Assembly: GCA_945482995.1 (NCBI GenBank)
Contig: CALYRM010000003.1
Coordinates: 10,150 to 74,149, forward strand
Source: an uncultured Clostridia bacterium
GTDB lineage: Bacteria; Bacillota; Clostridia; Christensenellales; CAG-1252
Direction: 5' to 3'
Length of the DNA stretch: 64,000 bases
The notes below the pieces were generated by a model. That model saw only the letters and a list, made by a program, of their open reading frames with translations, searched no databases and was not told the DNA's origin. The number at the start of each line of letters is the position of its first letter. Within the stretch, counting starts at the first letter, position 1. A program made the translations under genes and the position numbers. Positions 8,059-17,443 of this stretch are shown here, piece after piece.

Positions 8059-9288
8059 GTCAAGCAAAGTGTTGAACTCGTTTGATACTGTAGCATTTTC
8101 GGATTTCGAATTTCTGAAACACTCGGCTATCTCGTCAAAGGTTGCGTGCGAAATATTAACTCTATCCATTTTTAAGTTTCTCATTCCCCATCCGCCTCTA
8201 TCGTTTGTTTTATACGCCCAACTTGTCCAACTAAACGACTTATCTTCAAACGTATTTATAACTAATTCTAAATTGTTCATTCCTAAGCAAAATTCGCCAA
8301 TCAAAATCGGTTTATCTTTAAGCTGTATTGACCCCATATAGGTGAAAATATGAGACGTAAGGTACCATGTGTTGTCTTCTTCAAAGTTATACATGTGCAT
8401 TTGATATAAAACGTTTTCCCAACCGAAGCGGCTAATGTCGGGGAAATCGGTAAACTCCCAACAAGACTCTATTATGATAATGTGTTTGTTGTCAACTTGC
8501 CTTATAGCTTGGTATAGCTCGTTGTGAAATACGTGTTGAGGTTCAATAGTTTTGTTTGTGTTTCCCTTAGGTTCGTTCAGTAGGTCATAGCCCAAGACAT
8601 AGTTGTTGTCCTTATATCTTTTTGCTATTTCACACCAAAGTTTAACAGTTTTTCTTTGGCAGTCTTCGTCCTCGAACAAAATGCACTGTGTATCGTCACC
8701 CGAATGGTGTTCCTTGTTTTGTGAGCCGTATGCGCCGTGCAAATCCAAAATGCAATAAATTTGATATTTTTGACACCACTCCAAGCACAAATCAATCCAT
8801 TTTATTCCGTCAGTGAGGTTTCCATCGTCGTCGGCAACATTGAAATATCCAAAAGGAAGTCTTATGCAATTAAAGCCCGAATCCTTGATAAATTTGACGT
8901 CTTGCTCGGAAAACCAATTGGAATAGTATATATCAAGTAGCTCGTCAATTTGACTCTTAGTGAAGTTATTTTCGTTATCGTCAAAGGCTTTCATCATCTT
9001 TTTAAAGGTGAGTTTTTCGCCGTCGACGTCGTCGTTTTGTCCGTCGATATTGATAATCCCCATCCAACCCTCGGGAACAAGCCAATTGCCGATATTTGTA
9101 CCTCTAAGCATCAAAACCTCGTCGTTTTCGTCATAGAGATATTTGCCGTTTGTGTAAACGCATTTTTTAGGCATATAGTATTCTTGGTTGTCGTCGGTGT
9201 TGGGTGTATCTTGAACGCAACCCGAGAACGAAAGAACTGCAATAATTATAATTATAGAAAGTGTTAAAAGGACAAAAAACTTTTTCAT
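8047..9288 (-). CDS. Glycoside hydrolase family 5 (cellulase/glucanase-like) lipoprotein
   Basis: 413 aa with lipobox LSFSGC. Acid/base motif GYDLLNEP and nucleophile motif ILIGEF. RLPF and HxY-type GH5 landmarks are present. Confidence 0.85.
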   Translation of the reverse strand: MKKFFVLLTLSIIIIIAVLSFSGCVQDTPNTDDNQEYYMPKKCVYTNGKYLYDENDEVLMLRGTNIGNWLVPEGWMGIINIDGQNDDVDGEKLTFKKMMKAFDDNENNFTKSQIDELLDIYYSNWFSEQDVKFIKDSGFNCIRLPFGYFNVADDDGNLTDGIKWIDLCLEWCQKYQIYCILDLHGAYGSQNKEHHSGDDTQCILFEDEDCQRKTVKLWCEIAKRYKDNNYVLGYDLLNEPKGNTNKTIEPQHVFHNELYQAIRQVDNKHIIIIESCWEFTDFPDISRFGWENVLYQMHMYNFEEDNTWYLTSHIFTYMGSIQLKDKPILIGEFCLGMNNLELVINTFEDKSFSWTSWAYKTNDRGGWGMRNLKMDRVNISHATFDEIAECFRNSKSENATVSNEFNTLLDILK

Positions 9289-9537
9289 ATTCTACTCCGC
9301 CTAGGCGGATGTTCCGCGTTTCCCTAACGTTTTGGGCATATAAAAACAAAAAGTCCTTGTTTTATAGGTGAAAAGCAATAACTTATTGTAGAATACAAAA
9401 AATTTTGTTGTTGCTTTATGAAAACTCTACTCACAAAACCGAGAATGTTGGAAAATTTCGCCTACATATAGAATATTGTAGCATTTTTATATGCAAAAAG
9501 TCAATAGCGATATTATGCTCTAAAATTCATTAAAAAA

Positions 9538-9564
9538 GTACTGTAGTTAATATAACCACAGTAC
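9538..9564 (-). terminator. Possible terminator downstream of the Flg_new lipoprotein gene
   Basis: 7-bp stem gtactgt/acagtac followed on the minus strand by a T-run (A-run 9532-9537 on plus). Confidence 0.4.
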
Positions 9565-9666
9565 CATAAATCAAAAATTCAAAACCTCGCTATTAAAGCA
9601 AATTTCATCCCGAATGGCTTTCATCTGTTCTTCGGAATAGAGTTCAGTGTAGGATAGCGAACGCTA

Positions 9667-10767
9667 TTATACGTTCTTTTCCCATTTAGCGTATAGAGTT
9701 AAGTCGCCTGTAATTTGAACGAAATCGTTGAATTGAACTTCGCCAACACCGGTTATGAAGTTTCTATACCAGCCCTTAAAGGTGTAGCCTTCTAAAACAG
9801 GAGTAGGCATAGCAGGATAGTCGTCCAAGAAGTAGTGTCCGTAGTTTACTTCAAATACGTATTTACCTTGAACTTCATAAGTTTCAAATCCCGGAATTGT
9901 GCCGTTTACAGGATCGAACGTTACGGTAGCCTTGTTATTTTGTTCGCTGTTTAGTCTTGCAACCTCTTTCCAATAACTGCCGCCCTCATCGTCAACTTTG
10001 GTGTAAATAACCTGTCTTCTTGTGTCGAAATAGAAGTCGCCGACAATACCTTCGCTATCGTTAGGAAGCGTGGTTCCGCTTAGCCAAGTTGGGAAGCGGT
10101 CAAGATAGATAACCTGTGAAGAAGAGCCGTTTTTATTGGCAATTGTGATAATGAATTGATCACCAACAACCTCGCAGGAGATATCCTTGTAGTAATTGAA
10201 ATAGTATACAAACGGTTCGCTATCGTCCGAAAGGGTAATTACAACGCCCTCGCCGATTTCGTCAGTGAAAGGCTCCCACTTTTTGATACCCAAGCCGTCA
10301 ACGCCGTCTTTTCCTTTCAAAATAGAAACGTCAATCATTTGCGGATCGGAAATATTGCCGTCGGAGTCAATAGTATAGAAATAGAAATAAGGTGCGCCTC
10401 CAAGATCGGTAGCAGGCTCGATTTTATAGAATGAAATGCCTTGTTCTCCGTCTTTACCGTAGGGAACTTGAACCTTGGCGGTAGAGCCGTTGGTATAAAT
10501 CAAGGTAACCAATGTTACTTTGTTCTCGTCATCATAATCATACTTAACTTCGGCAATACCGTTACCCTCCGGCAACTCGAATCTATCGACGTTTTCAGAA
10601 CCGACATAGTGGATAACCATAAACGCCTTGCCGTCCTTATCGACAATACGTTCGATTTTTTCAATAGAAATTTTTTCTTCCTCTTCGTCCCAAGCAAACG
10701 AACAGCCTGCCAAAAGAACGGAAAGCAAAAGGATTAAAGTAATAACTAAAATCAAAGATTTTTTCAT
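9667..10767 (-). CDS. Surface lipoprotein with C-terminal Listeria-Bacteroides repeat (Flg_new) domain
   Basis: 366 aa with lipobox LLAGC. The C terminus VTFDPVNGT...LEGYTFKGWY...DLTLYAKW is a typical Flg_new repeat. Confidence 0.7.
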   Translation of the reverse strand: MKKSLILVITLILLLSVLLAGCSFAWDEEEEKISIEKIERIVDKDGKAFMVIHYVGSENVDRFELPEGNGIAEVKYDYDDENKVTLVTLIYTNGSTAKVQVPYGKDGEQGISFYKIEPATDLGGAPYFYFYTIDSDGNISDPQMIDVSILKGKDGVDGLGIKKWEPFTDEIGEGVVITLSDDSEPFVYYFNYYKDISCEVVGDQFIITIANKNGSSSQVIYLDRFPTWLSGTTLPNDSEGIVGDFYFDTRRQVIYTKVDDEGGSYWKEVARLNSEQNNKATVTFDPVNGTIPGFETYEVQGKYVFEVNYGHYFLDDYPAMPTPVLEGYTFKGWYRNFITGVGEVQFNDFVQITGDLTLYAKWEKNV

Positions 10768-10769
10768 AT

Positions 10770-13268
10770 CTAATCTCCTAAATAAGATGTTGCATTTTGT
10801 TGCATTTCTTCCATGGATGGCGACATTCCGAATAGCGAATGTTCCTTTTGGAAAACGAACTTAAATGGTTGATAACCTGTTACAAGGGTTACAGTTTTTA
10901 CTAATGTATTGTGGTCGACTTGAAGTTTGCCGAGAATGCTTCCCAATCCACCGCCGCCACCGCCGAATGAGGCAGGTTTAAGAGCAGGTAATTTGAGATA
11001 TTCGTCGAGCAAATCGACTTTGGTTGCTTGAATAGCGTCGGTAGGTGTCGCGCCGTTTAGGGCAGTCATACACTTTTGATCGAGTCCTACCGTGGTAACT
11101 ACCGAATAGTTGGCGCCACCGCCATAAAAAGCGATAGGAATATTTACATAAGCCTTGCTTTCAACAACTTTCTCGATATGGACGTTTTGCAAAATACGTT
11201 TAATCGGGAAAATATTATCTATCGAATAGCCGTCTCTTCCCAAAATCTCTTTAACAAGCGCAGAAATGCTTTCGCTAATTAATCCCGAAACGTCGAATTG
11301 ATCCCAAGTCTTGTAATCGTAGAACTTAGTTTTTCCGCTCAAATTGACCTTGACGGGGTAGGACGTACCCGAGATTCTTCTCGGAGCAAAGTCTACGCCT
11401 ACAAGCATGGAGTTGAGCAATTGGAAGAACGGAGCAATGTTGTCGGGGGTGTCGGGAGATAATAGGAACGGACCGTTAAATAAGCTTTCCAATGCAATAG
11501 CGCTTATACCCGAGCGGTAAAAGGCGCAGTCAATAACCTCGGTACTACCCTTAAAATCGCCTTGTACGCTTTCATCGGTCAATGCGTTTTGAAGAGCAAT
11601 AATCGCCTTTTTAAGCTCGTCCTTTGATGCGTACAAACCATCGTCGGTGCCGGCTGTGCCGTTAAGGTAATCTTTTAGCAATCTGTTACCGTCGCCATTT
11701 GCAGCCAAGTAATCTTTAAGCGTAATATTAATTGGAGCAATAGCCGAATATAGCGATTGAGTGATAAGTTCATTTACTTGCGAATACTCGTTTGCACCCG
11801 TCAAGAAAAGAAAGTTTCTTGCGTTTGTCAAACGACAGTTTCTTATGGTAAGGTTATTATTAGAATAGCTTCTCACAACCTGTCTACCGTTGGAAATACG
11901 CATATTGCGAAGCTCGACATTATCGCCGTCAACTTCGACAACGGTACCAACCGTATTAAGGAAGGATAACGATTCCACGTCGTCGCAGTTTTTCACAACT
12001 ACGTCGTTAATCAAAATATCGTCGCCGTCAACGTACATGCCGATATTATCTTGACCATATGCTGATATAAGGTTGAGATTAGTCATATCCGAGCCTTGCG
12101 AACCTCTCGGGGTACCAACCGTATAGAATGGAAGCGGACCTAGGAATAAGTCACTTGGATCGGTTGTCGGCACGCCGTTCAAGGTGCTTGACGGGAATGC
12201 TAGGTTGTGAAAGTTAATCATATAGCCGTTACCGTACATATCGGCTTTGACTCTAAGTCCAATCACGACTTCGGGTTTAAGCTGTTTGTCGGGAGTGGCT
12301 ATTTCGTTCCACTGTTTTAGGAATACGTCATTATACTTTGTTTTAACTCTTTGTACAAAAGATTTAGCGTCCACATTGCCTTTATCGTCGACCAAACCGA
12401 ACACTTTTTCGTTGTTTTGATATTGACTTTGCTTTGCCACGAACGAACATTGTAGTACGGCGATTTCACCCTTTTCCGACCAGTTTGTACAATATAGCAA
12501 GTCCTCGAAGTTATATACGTTTATACCGTTTTCAACGACAGTAAACGAGTAGTTGCCAAGCGATATATCTTCAGCGTCAAGGGTTGTCGAGAGATTTATA
12601 TCGACTTTGCCTGTGCCCTTAATATCAACTGCACCCGACATAACCGCCTTGCTGGACGAAACATCTACGTTTTCGGCGTCGAGAGAAAGCGTTGCGTTCC
12701 CCTTTGTTTCAATTGAAATAGTATCCAGCATTGATGACGGAATTGCAGTAACTTGAACGTTAAACGAAGCGTTTATCTTTTCGGAGTTTTGCAAGTCGTA
12801 TTGTCCGAAGTAATTGGTTTGATCGACCTTGCCAAAGCTTGACTGGCTGTTCACGGGTTGAACGTAAACAACGCCGTTCGTATATAGAATAGCGGTAAAG
12901 CTTCTTGAAACGTTGCCTTTTGCGTTTGAGCAAGTCAACACAACTTCGCCTTGCTTTAACGTTTTTAGATAGAACATACCGCTTTCTTCGACAATTTCAG
13001 CATTAGGTTCCCCGTCGCCCGTCTTATTTTGAACCTTCCAAACGAGGTTATTCCCTTCGCTAACCTTGTGATTACGGTTGTTTACGCCGGTTGCGTTGAG
13101 AACGTATTTTCCGTCGGTAACCTTAAAGGCTTCTATATCGTCATACGACCATTCTATATGTGAAACGTCAACGTCGATATAGTTATACGAAACGTTGACC
13201 GACACAATGGTTAGTGCCGAAATAAGGAAAGGAATCATGAGCAAAACAATAAGATTTTTCTTTTTCAT
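10770..13268 (-). CDS. Large membrane-anchored extracellular protein, Ig-like plus probable parallel beta-helix
   Basis: 832 aa with an N-terminal TM anchor and a Big_2-like segment (VLTCSNAKGNVSRSFTAILY). Degenerate beta-helix-like rungs (VVVKNCDDV, VELRNMRISNGRQVV, LTIRNCRLTNARNFLFL). Gly run GGGGGLGS. Start overlaps the upstream gene stop by 1 nt. Confidence 0.6.
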   Translation of the reverse strand: MKKKNLIVLLMIPFLISALTIVSVNVSYNYIDVDVSHIEWSYDDIEAFKVTDGKYVLNATGVNNRNHKVSEGNNLVWKVQNKTGDGEPNAEIVEESGMFYLKTLKQGEVVLTCSNAKGNVSRSFTAILYTNGVVYVQPVNSQSSFGKVDQTNYFGQYDLQNSEKINASFNVQVTAIPSSMLDTISIETKGNATLSLDAENVDVSSSKAVMSGAVDIKGTGKVDINLSTTLDAEDISLGNYSFTVVENGINVYNFEDLLYCTNWSEKGEIAVLQCSFVAKQSQYQNNEKVFGLVDDKGNVDAKSFVQRVKTKYNDVFLKQWNEIATPDKQLKPEVVIGLRVKADMYGNGYMINFHNLAFPSSTLNGVPTTDPSDLFLGPLPFYTVGTPRGSQGSDMTNLNLISAYGQDNIGMYVDGDDILINDVVVKNCDDVESLSFLNTVGTVVEVDGDNVELRNMRISNGRQVVRSYSNNNLTIRNCRLTNARNFLFLTGANEYSQVNELITQSLYSAIAPINITLKDYLAANGDGNRLLKDYLNGTAGTDDGLYASKDELKKAIIALQNALTDESVQGDFKGSTEVIDCAFYRSGISAIALESLFNGPFLLSPDTPDNIAPFFQLLNSMLVGVDFAPRRISGTSYPVKVNLSGKTKFYDYKTWDQFDVSGLISESISALVKEILGRDGYSIDNIFPIKRILQNVHIEKVVESKAYVNIPIAFYGGGANYSVVTTVGLDQKCMTALNGATPTDAIQATKVDLLDEYLKLPALKPASFGGGGGGLGSILGKLQVDHNTLVKTVTLVTGYQPFKFVFQKEHSLFGMSPSMEEMQQNATSYLGD

Positions 13269-14860
13269 TAGTTATTTGCCTCCAATTCCATAAAATGCTT
13301 GTATGATGATTTAAGTATAAGCACGACAGGCAATATCCCCAAGACAAGACAAACGCCCAAGCCTGCCAAAAATGCCAAATAACCGCTTACACCCTTATAC
13401 GAGATAAGCACTGCGGTAAGAGCGAAAACTAAGGGGAAAAGATATGCGAAAAGGCTTGAAGCAAAGGACGTTTTCTTTTTATTATGACGGATATGCAACT
13501 CTTCATTCAGTGAAATCAAAGAGAACACCGCCAAGAAAATTGCCGTCAACAAAAACGTCAAGAAGCCGTAACCCCAGGACATTGTTTTAGTAGACATCAA
13601 CACTAATAGGCTCACGAAAAGCGAAACCATTGAAAACGAATACGGAATGGCAACCTTGATAGCAAGCTGAATTTGATAAGGGACGGGTATAGTCTTAATT
13701 ATTTTTATAGTTTTATCTTCCATTGTAATATAGCCGTTTGCGCCTTGATTGATTACAACGGAGAAGAACATAATCACGAGCACGTCGACAAAGGTAATAA
13801 GCCCGGGGACGAGTGCCGTGTAGTACATAATGCTGCCTGCGCTCAAAACTGCGTTTATAGACTTAACTACAAGCTGTAATAAAAGGGGTTGAACCAACAA
13901 TAAGCCTGTAAAAGAATAAATATAATCCGAGTTTTTAGCAATCAACGAAAATTCTTTTTTGATAAGGGCAGGTACAACGCCCACAAGTCTAGTTTTGTGC
14001 GATTTAGTAATTCTTGTATCCGAAGTTGATATGTTTCTAACCATATGGAAAGAATATATAGTGATAGACAATCCGATAATGAAAACGCCCAGCGATAGCA
14101 AGCTAAACGGTAAAATCGCAGACATTGACTTATATACGAACATATCAACTAAGAAGTTGACGGGTACTGCGTAGCGCTGGAAAGTCAAAAACTTAGCGAT
14201 AGACTGATCGGAAAACAGGCTTATCATTTCGTTTTGCGCAACCAAATTGATAAAGATATCAAGTGCGTACGAGTAGAGAATGGATAGTCCGACAATGATT
14301 ACGATTGAAACCGAGAATTGTAGAATAAAATGACGTTTTAAGAAGGAAGTAAAAAGCCATAGCGGGTAAACGAAAATAAGCGCAATTCCGCCGACAAAGA
14401 AAAAGCTAACTATAGGATAGAAGAAAGCACCGAAAAAGAACAATGCGGTTTTACCTATATCTATACCGTAAGCAACCAATAGCGGAAATTGGAAAATTAA
14501 CGAGGTTATGCTGTGGCTAATCATCAAAAATACCATTTTAGAAAGTATTATTTGTCCGTTAGTAACAGGGTGTGTGGAAAGCTGTTCAATATCTTTAGCG
14601 TCAAAAAAGAGTTTTTTAGCTTGGAACAAGTCCGCAACAATAAGAAGTAGAGTTGTGACAAATAGGAAAAGCGTTAAAAAAGCGGTAGACGCACGCGGAA
14701 TATTGTTGATTTTATCGAGAATAGTGCCAAAAAGGTAGATTTCGAGCGTTACAAAAAGACCTAAAAAGACGACGGAAAAGAGAACCGACAGAATGGTAGA
14801 AACCACGCTGCGGTTTTGCTTAAACATCAATCTAAAATCTTTAAGTAACAAATTAAGCAT
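13268..14860 (-). CDS. Polytopic membrane protein, putative ABC exporter permease
   Basis: 530 aa with more than 10 hydrophobic helices. Lies 2 nt downstream of an ABC ATPase gene. Confidence 0.6.
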   Translation of the reverse strand: MLNLLLKDFRLMFKQNRSVVSTILSVLFSVVFLGLFVTLEIYLFGTILDKINNIPRASTAFLTLFLFVTTLLLIVADLFQAKKLFFDAKDIEQLSTHPVTNGQIILSKMVFLMISHSITSLIFQFPLLVAYGIDIGKTALFFFGAFFYPIVSFFFVGGIALIFVYPLWLFTSFLKRHFILQFSVSIVIIVGLSILYSYALDIFINLVAQNEMISLFSDQSIAKFLTFQRYAVPVNFLVDMFVYKSMSAILPFSLLSLGVFIIGLSITIYSFHMVRNISTSDTRITKSHKTRLVGVVPALIKKEFSLIAKNSDYIYSFTGLLLVQPLLLQLVVKSINAVLSAGSIMYYTALVPGLITFVDVLVIMFFSVVINQGANGYITMEDKTIKIIKTIPVPYQIQLAIKVAIPYSFSMVSLFVSLLVLMSTKTMSWGYGFLTFLLTAIFLAVFSLISLNEELHIRHNKKKTSFASSLFAYLFPLVFALTAVLISYKGVSGYLAFLAGLGVCLVLGILPVVLILKSSYKHFMELEANN

Positions 14861-14862
14861 TA

Positions 14863-15684
14863 TTATTCTCCGTAAATACTTACAAAAATCTTAGGCAACT
14901 GCAATCTTCTATTTGGTTCCTTGTTCAAGTCGTATAAGGCGACAACCGTTCCGTTGTTGATAATGGCTACTCTGTCGCAAAGACGGCTGACAAGCTCGAT
15001 ATTGTGCGAGGTTACAAAGACAGCTTTGCCGTGATCGGCGTACTCTCTCATCATCTTTTTCAATGCTTCGACAGCCATAATATCCAAACCAACGGTAGGC
15101 TCGTCAAGAATCCAAACGTTGGGATTGTGCATAAGGCTTGCGATAAGACAAAGCTTTTGTTTCATACCATGCGAATAGTTAGAAATACGATTATGCAATT
15201 CTCTTTCGTCAAGTGATAATCTACCGGCAAGGTATTTTGTGTTTCTCAAAAAATCGCCCTCGGACATATGGTAAATGCTTGCGATAAATTCAAGATAATC
15301 TATTCCACGCATAACGTCATAGCATGCAGGTTCGCTCGCTACATAACCAAAGGTTTTTTTTGCGCCAATTGGATCCAATACAATATCGTGACCTTCAACC
15401 GTAATCGAACCCGAATTGAATTTTTTAGAGCCTATAACGCAGTCAATGGTTGTGGATTTACCGATACCGTTGCGACCGATAAAACCAAAGAGTTCACCCT
15501 CATACACTTCGAGATTAAGTCCTTTAAGCACTTGCTTTTCGCCGTAGGACTTGTGTAAATCGGTGATTTTGATAGCTACTCTGCGACCGTTTTCCGCAGT
15601 TGGAACTTCTACGACGTTTCCTTGCGGTATGTTTTTGGTTTCTTTTTGTGTTTTATCGATTTTTTTAGTATCGGTTTTTTTCAT
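14863..15684 (-). CDS. ABC transporter ATP-binding protein (ABC-2 type)
   Basis: Walker A GRNGIGKST, signature YSHGMKQKL, Walker B VWILDEPTVGLD. Has a ~45-aa Lys-rich N-terminal extension. Confidence 0.85.
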   Translation of the reverse strand: MKKTDTKKIDKTQKETKNIPQGNVVEVPTAENGRRVAIKITDLHKSYGEKQVLKGLNLEVYEGELFGFIGRNGIGKSTTIDCVIGSKKFNSGSITVEGHDIVLDPIGAKKTFGYVASEPACYDVMRGIDYLEFIASIYHMSEGDFLRNTKYLAGRLSLDERELHNRISNYSHGMKQKLCLIASLMHNPNVWILDEPTVGLDIMAVEALKKMMREYADHGKAVFVTSHNIELVSRLCDRVAIINNGTVVALYDLNKEPNRRLQLPKIFVSIYGE

Positions 15685-15699
15685 TTTTTCTCCTAAATA

Positions 15700-16030
15700 T
15701 TGTCATCCCAAGCCATCCATATTGTCATTCTGTGCCATATATGTCATTCTGTGCCATATATGTCATTCTGTGCCATATAAAATGTCATCCTGAGCGAAGC
15801 GTAGCGTAGTCGTGAGGATCTCATCCACTTTGTCATCCTCAAGCGTTGCGTAGCGTAGTCGTGAGGATCTCATCCGCATCGTCATTCTGAGTCATCCATA
15901 TTGTCATCCTGAGCGGAGTGCAACGAAGTCGAAGAATCTCATCCTTGTTCCGTCATGTCGACCGAAGTGGAGACATCTCTATCAATGCACTGCCTCTTTG
16001 CGAAGCATACGTACAGCCTTTATCCCAACT
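15700..16030. repeat. Intergenic mosaic repeat array (at least 8 units), including a 3 x 19-bp tandem at 15723-15779
   Basis: tgtcattctgtgccatata x3, then gtcatcctgagcgaagcgtagcgtagtcgtgaggatctcatcc, a second similar unit, gtcatcctgagcggagtgcaacgaagtcgaagaatctcatcc, cgtcatgtcgaccgaagtggagacatctct, and ctctttgcgaagcatacgtacag. Confidence 0.9.
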
Positions 16031-16147
16031 GAACGTTTTGCAAAAATAAATACAATCACTGCACCATACCAATCACTCCGCCCATAATTAGTAAAGCGAG
16101 TCCATTATTCATTGCTTCGTTATAATAATGCTCGAAGTGACGATTGG

Positions 16148-17443
16148 TTATTCAATAATAGCGTTTTTCTTTCTATTAATAAACCAAATGTGAGAAATGT
16201 TTTCTCTTTGGAAACACTTGTATTTGGAATGACATTCCGGACAATAAAACTTGTCTTCGTTTTCCTCAACAGTTGCTTTGCAGACGGGGCAGAAAATAGT
16301 ATACATATCGTGTGAAACGTCAACTAGCGTAAGTTTGCTGTCAAGCCATTTTGCGATAAGTTGTCTTTCTGATAGCGTCGAAACAAGTTCTTTGTTAGTC
16401 GTTAGGCTTTCACCGTCCGTCAAACTCCAAAGAGTTAAAACGTCAAAATCTTCGGCGGCTCTGTATTCTAATGGAATTTCATCAATATCGTCTCTATTGA
16501 TAGATGAAGAAATCATTAAAATATGCTTTGCAATCATTTCCGTTTTGCTTAAATTCACTTCAAGCGCAAAAGCACAAACGCCTGCTATTTGTGTAAGCGT
16601 AACATCAAAGTTGACGGATTTTAAAATCCACTTTTTATTAGTTGTTGCGTCGCCATCCACAACGAGCGTGAAACCACGGCTAACGAATTCTTTAAGGATA
16701 ATCGTCAAGTAATACGAACTTAACTCCTCTTTAACATCTTCGATATTGTTGTATAACAAGTTTTTAGTATAAAAGGTGTAGCATTGCTTATATAGATTAT
16801 CGTGAATTAAAATATTCGTCTTTTCTATATGTCTGCTAATAGGGGACGTTTTGGAAATAGTGCGATAGAAGCGAGTGTTCTTGATAAAGTTGATTTTTTT
16901 CAATAGCATTTTCGCCTTTTTCATAGTCTTGATAAGCGTCTTGTCAGCGTCAACCAAGCTATTGTTTGCGATAATCGGCAACATTGCCAAATATAAATCT
17001 ACGTACTGTTTAAGTTCACCCTCTAAGATATTGATAAGTAGGCAGATAAACTTGTTTTCGTAAATGGCTAACTCGTCTACATTTTGGTGATAATACACCT
17101 TTTCTGGCACCATTTCAAGTCCTCTGCTTTTCCAAAAACCGGGTTCCTTTAGCGAACGGGTAAAGTCCTCGTTAGAAAGTTGTTTGACAAGCTCGATTCG
17201 AGAAACGATTTCTTCACGACGACTTGCGATATGCGGATGCTCTACTATTGACAATATGACGTTGATAACTTTCTGAATATCGCACAAAAAACTAAAATCA
17301 TGCTCTCTGCACTTTGCTTGTAGACTAATATCGGGCATATCCTCGATATGCTCAAAGAAGTCTACGGCAGTAGAATGTTGTTTGCCGTAAGAGTGAATTT
17401 GCTTTACATGGTCAATCAGAAAGTTTTGTTCAATCGTTCTCAT
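16148..17443 (-). CDS. Partner of the McrB-like ATPase (McrC-position protein), C-terminal zinc ribbon, function unknown
   Basis: 431 aa. TAATG overlap with the upstream ATPase gene. IYENKFICLLINILEGE segment is reminiscent of McrC/DUF2357 N-domains. The C terminus has CPVC-x14-CPEC. I could not find a convincing PD-(D/E)xK motif by eye. Confidence 0.5.
   Translation of the reverse strand: MRTIEQNFLIDHVKQIHSYGKQHSTAVDFFEHIEDMPDISLQAKCREHDFSFLCDIQKVINVILSIVEHPHIASRREEIVSRIELVKQLSNEDFTRSLKEPGFWKSRGLEMVPEKVYYHQNVDELAIYENKFICLLINILEGELKQYVDLYLAMLPIIANNSLVDADKTLIKTMKKAKMLLKKINFIKNTRFYRTISKTSPISRHIEKTNILIHDNLYKQCYTFYTKNLLYNNIEDVKEELSSYYLTIILKEFVSRGFTLVVDGDATTNKKWILKSVNFDVTLTQIAGVCAFALEVNLSKTEMIAKHILMISSSINRDDIDEIPLEYRAAEDFDVLTLWSLTDGESLTTNKELVSTLSERQLIAKWLDSKLTLVDVSHDMYTIFCPVCKATVEENEDKFYCPECHSKYKCFQRENISHIWFINRKKNAIIE

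Noticed and set aside
16251-16712. 153-aa plus-strand ORF antisense to the 431-aa gene; similar antisense ORFs at 18644-18964, 21914-22222, 44752-45150, 46381-46833, 53541-53960 and 59201-59629
   Set aside because: Each is fully embedded opposite a longer ORF with recognisable domains. They have low-complexity Ser/Leu-rich composition and no RBS.
16148-17443. PD-(D/E)xK nuclease motif in the 431-aa partner of the McrB-like ATPase
   Set aside because: I looked for D...(D/E)xK in the beta-rich region (FTLVVDGD...FDVTLTQ...ALEVNLSK...AKHILMI) and found no convincing match by eye. This is a negative from inspection only and needs profile or structure searches.
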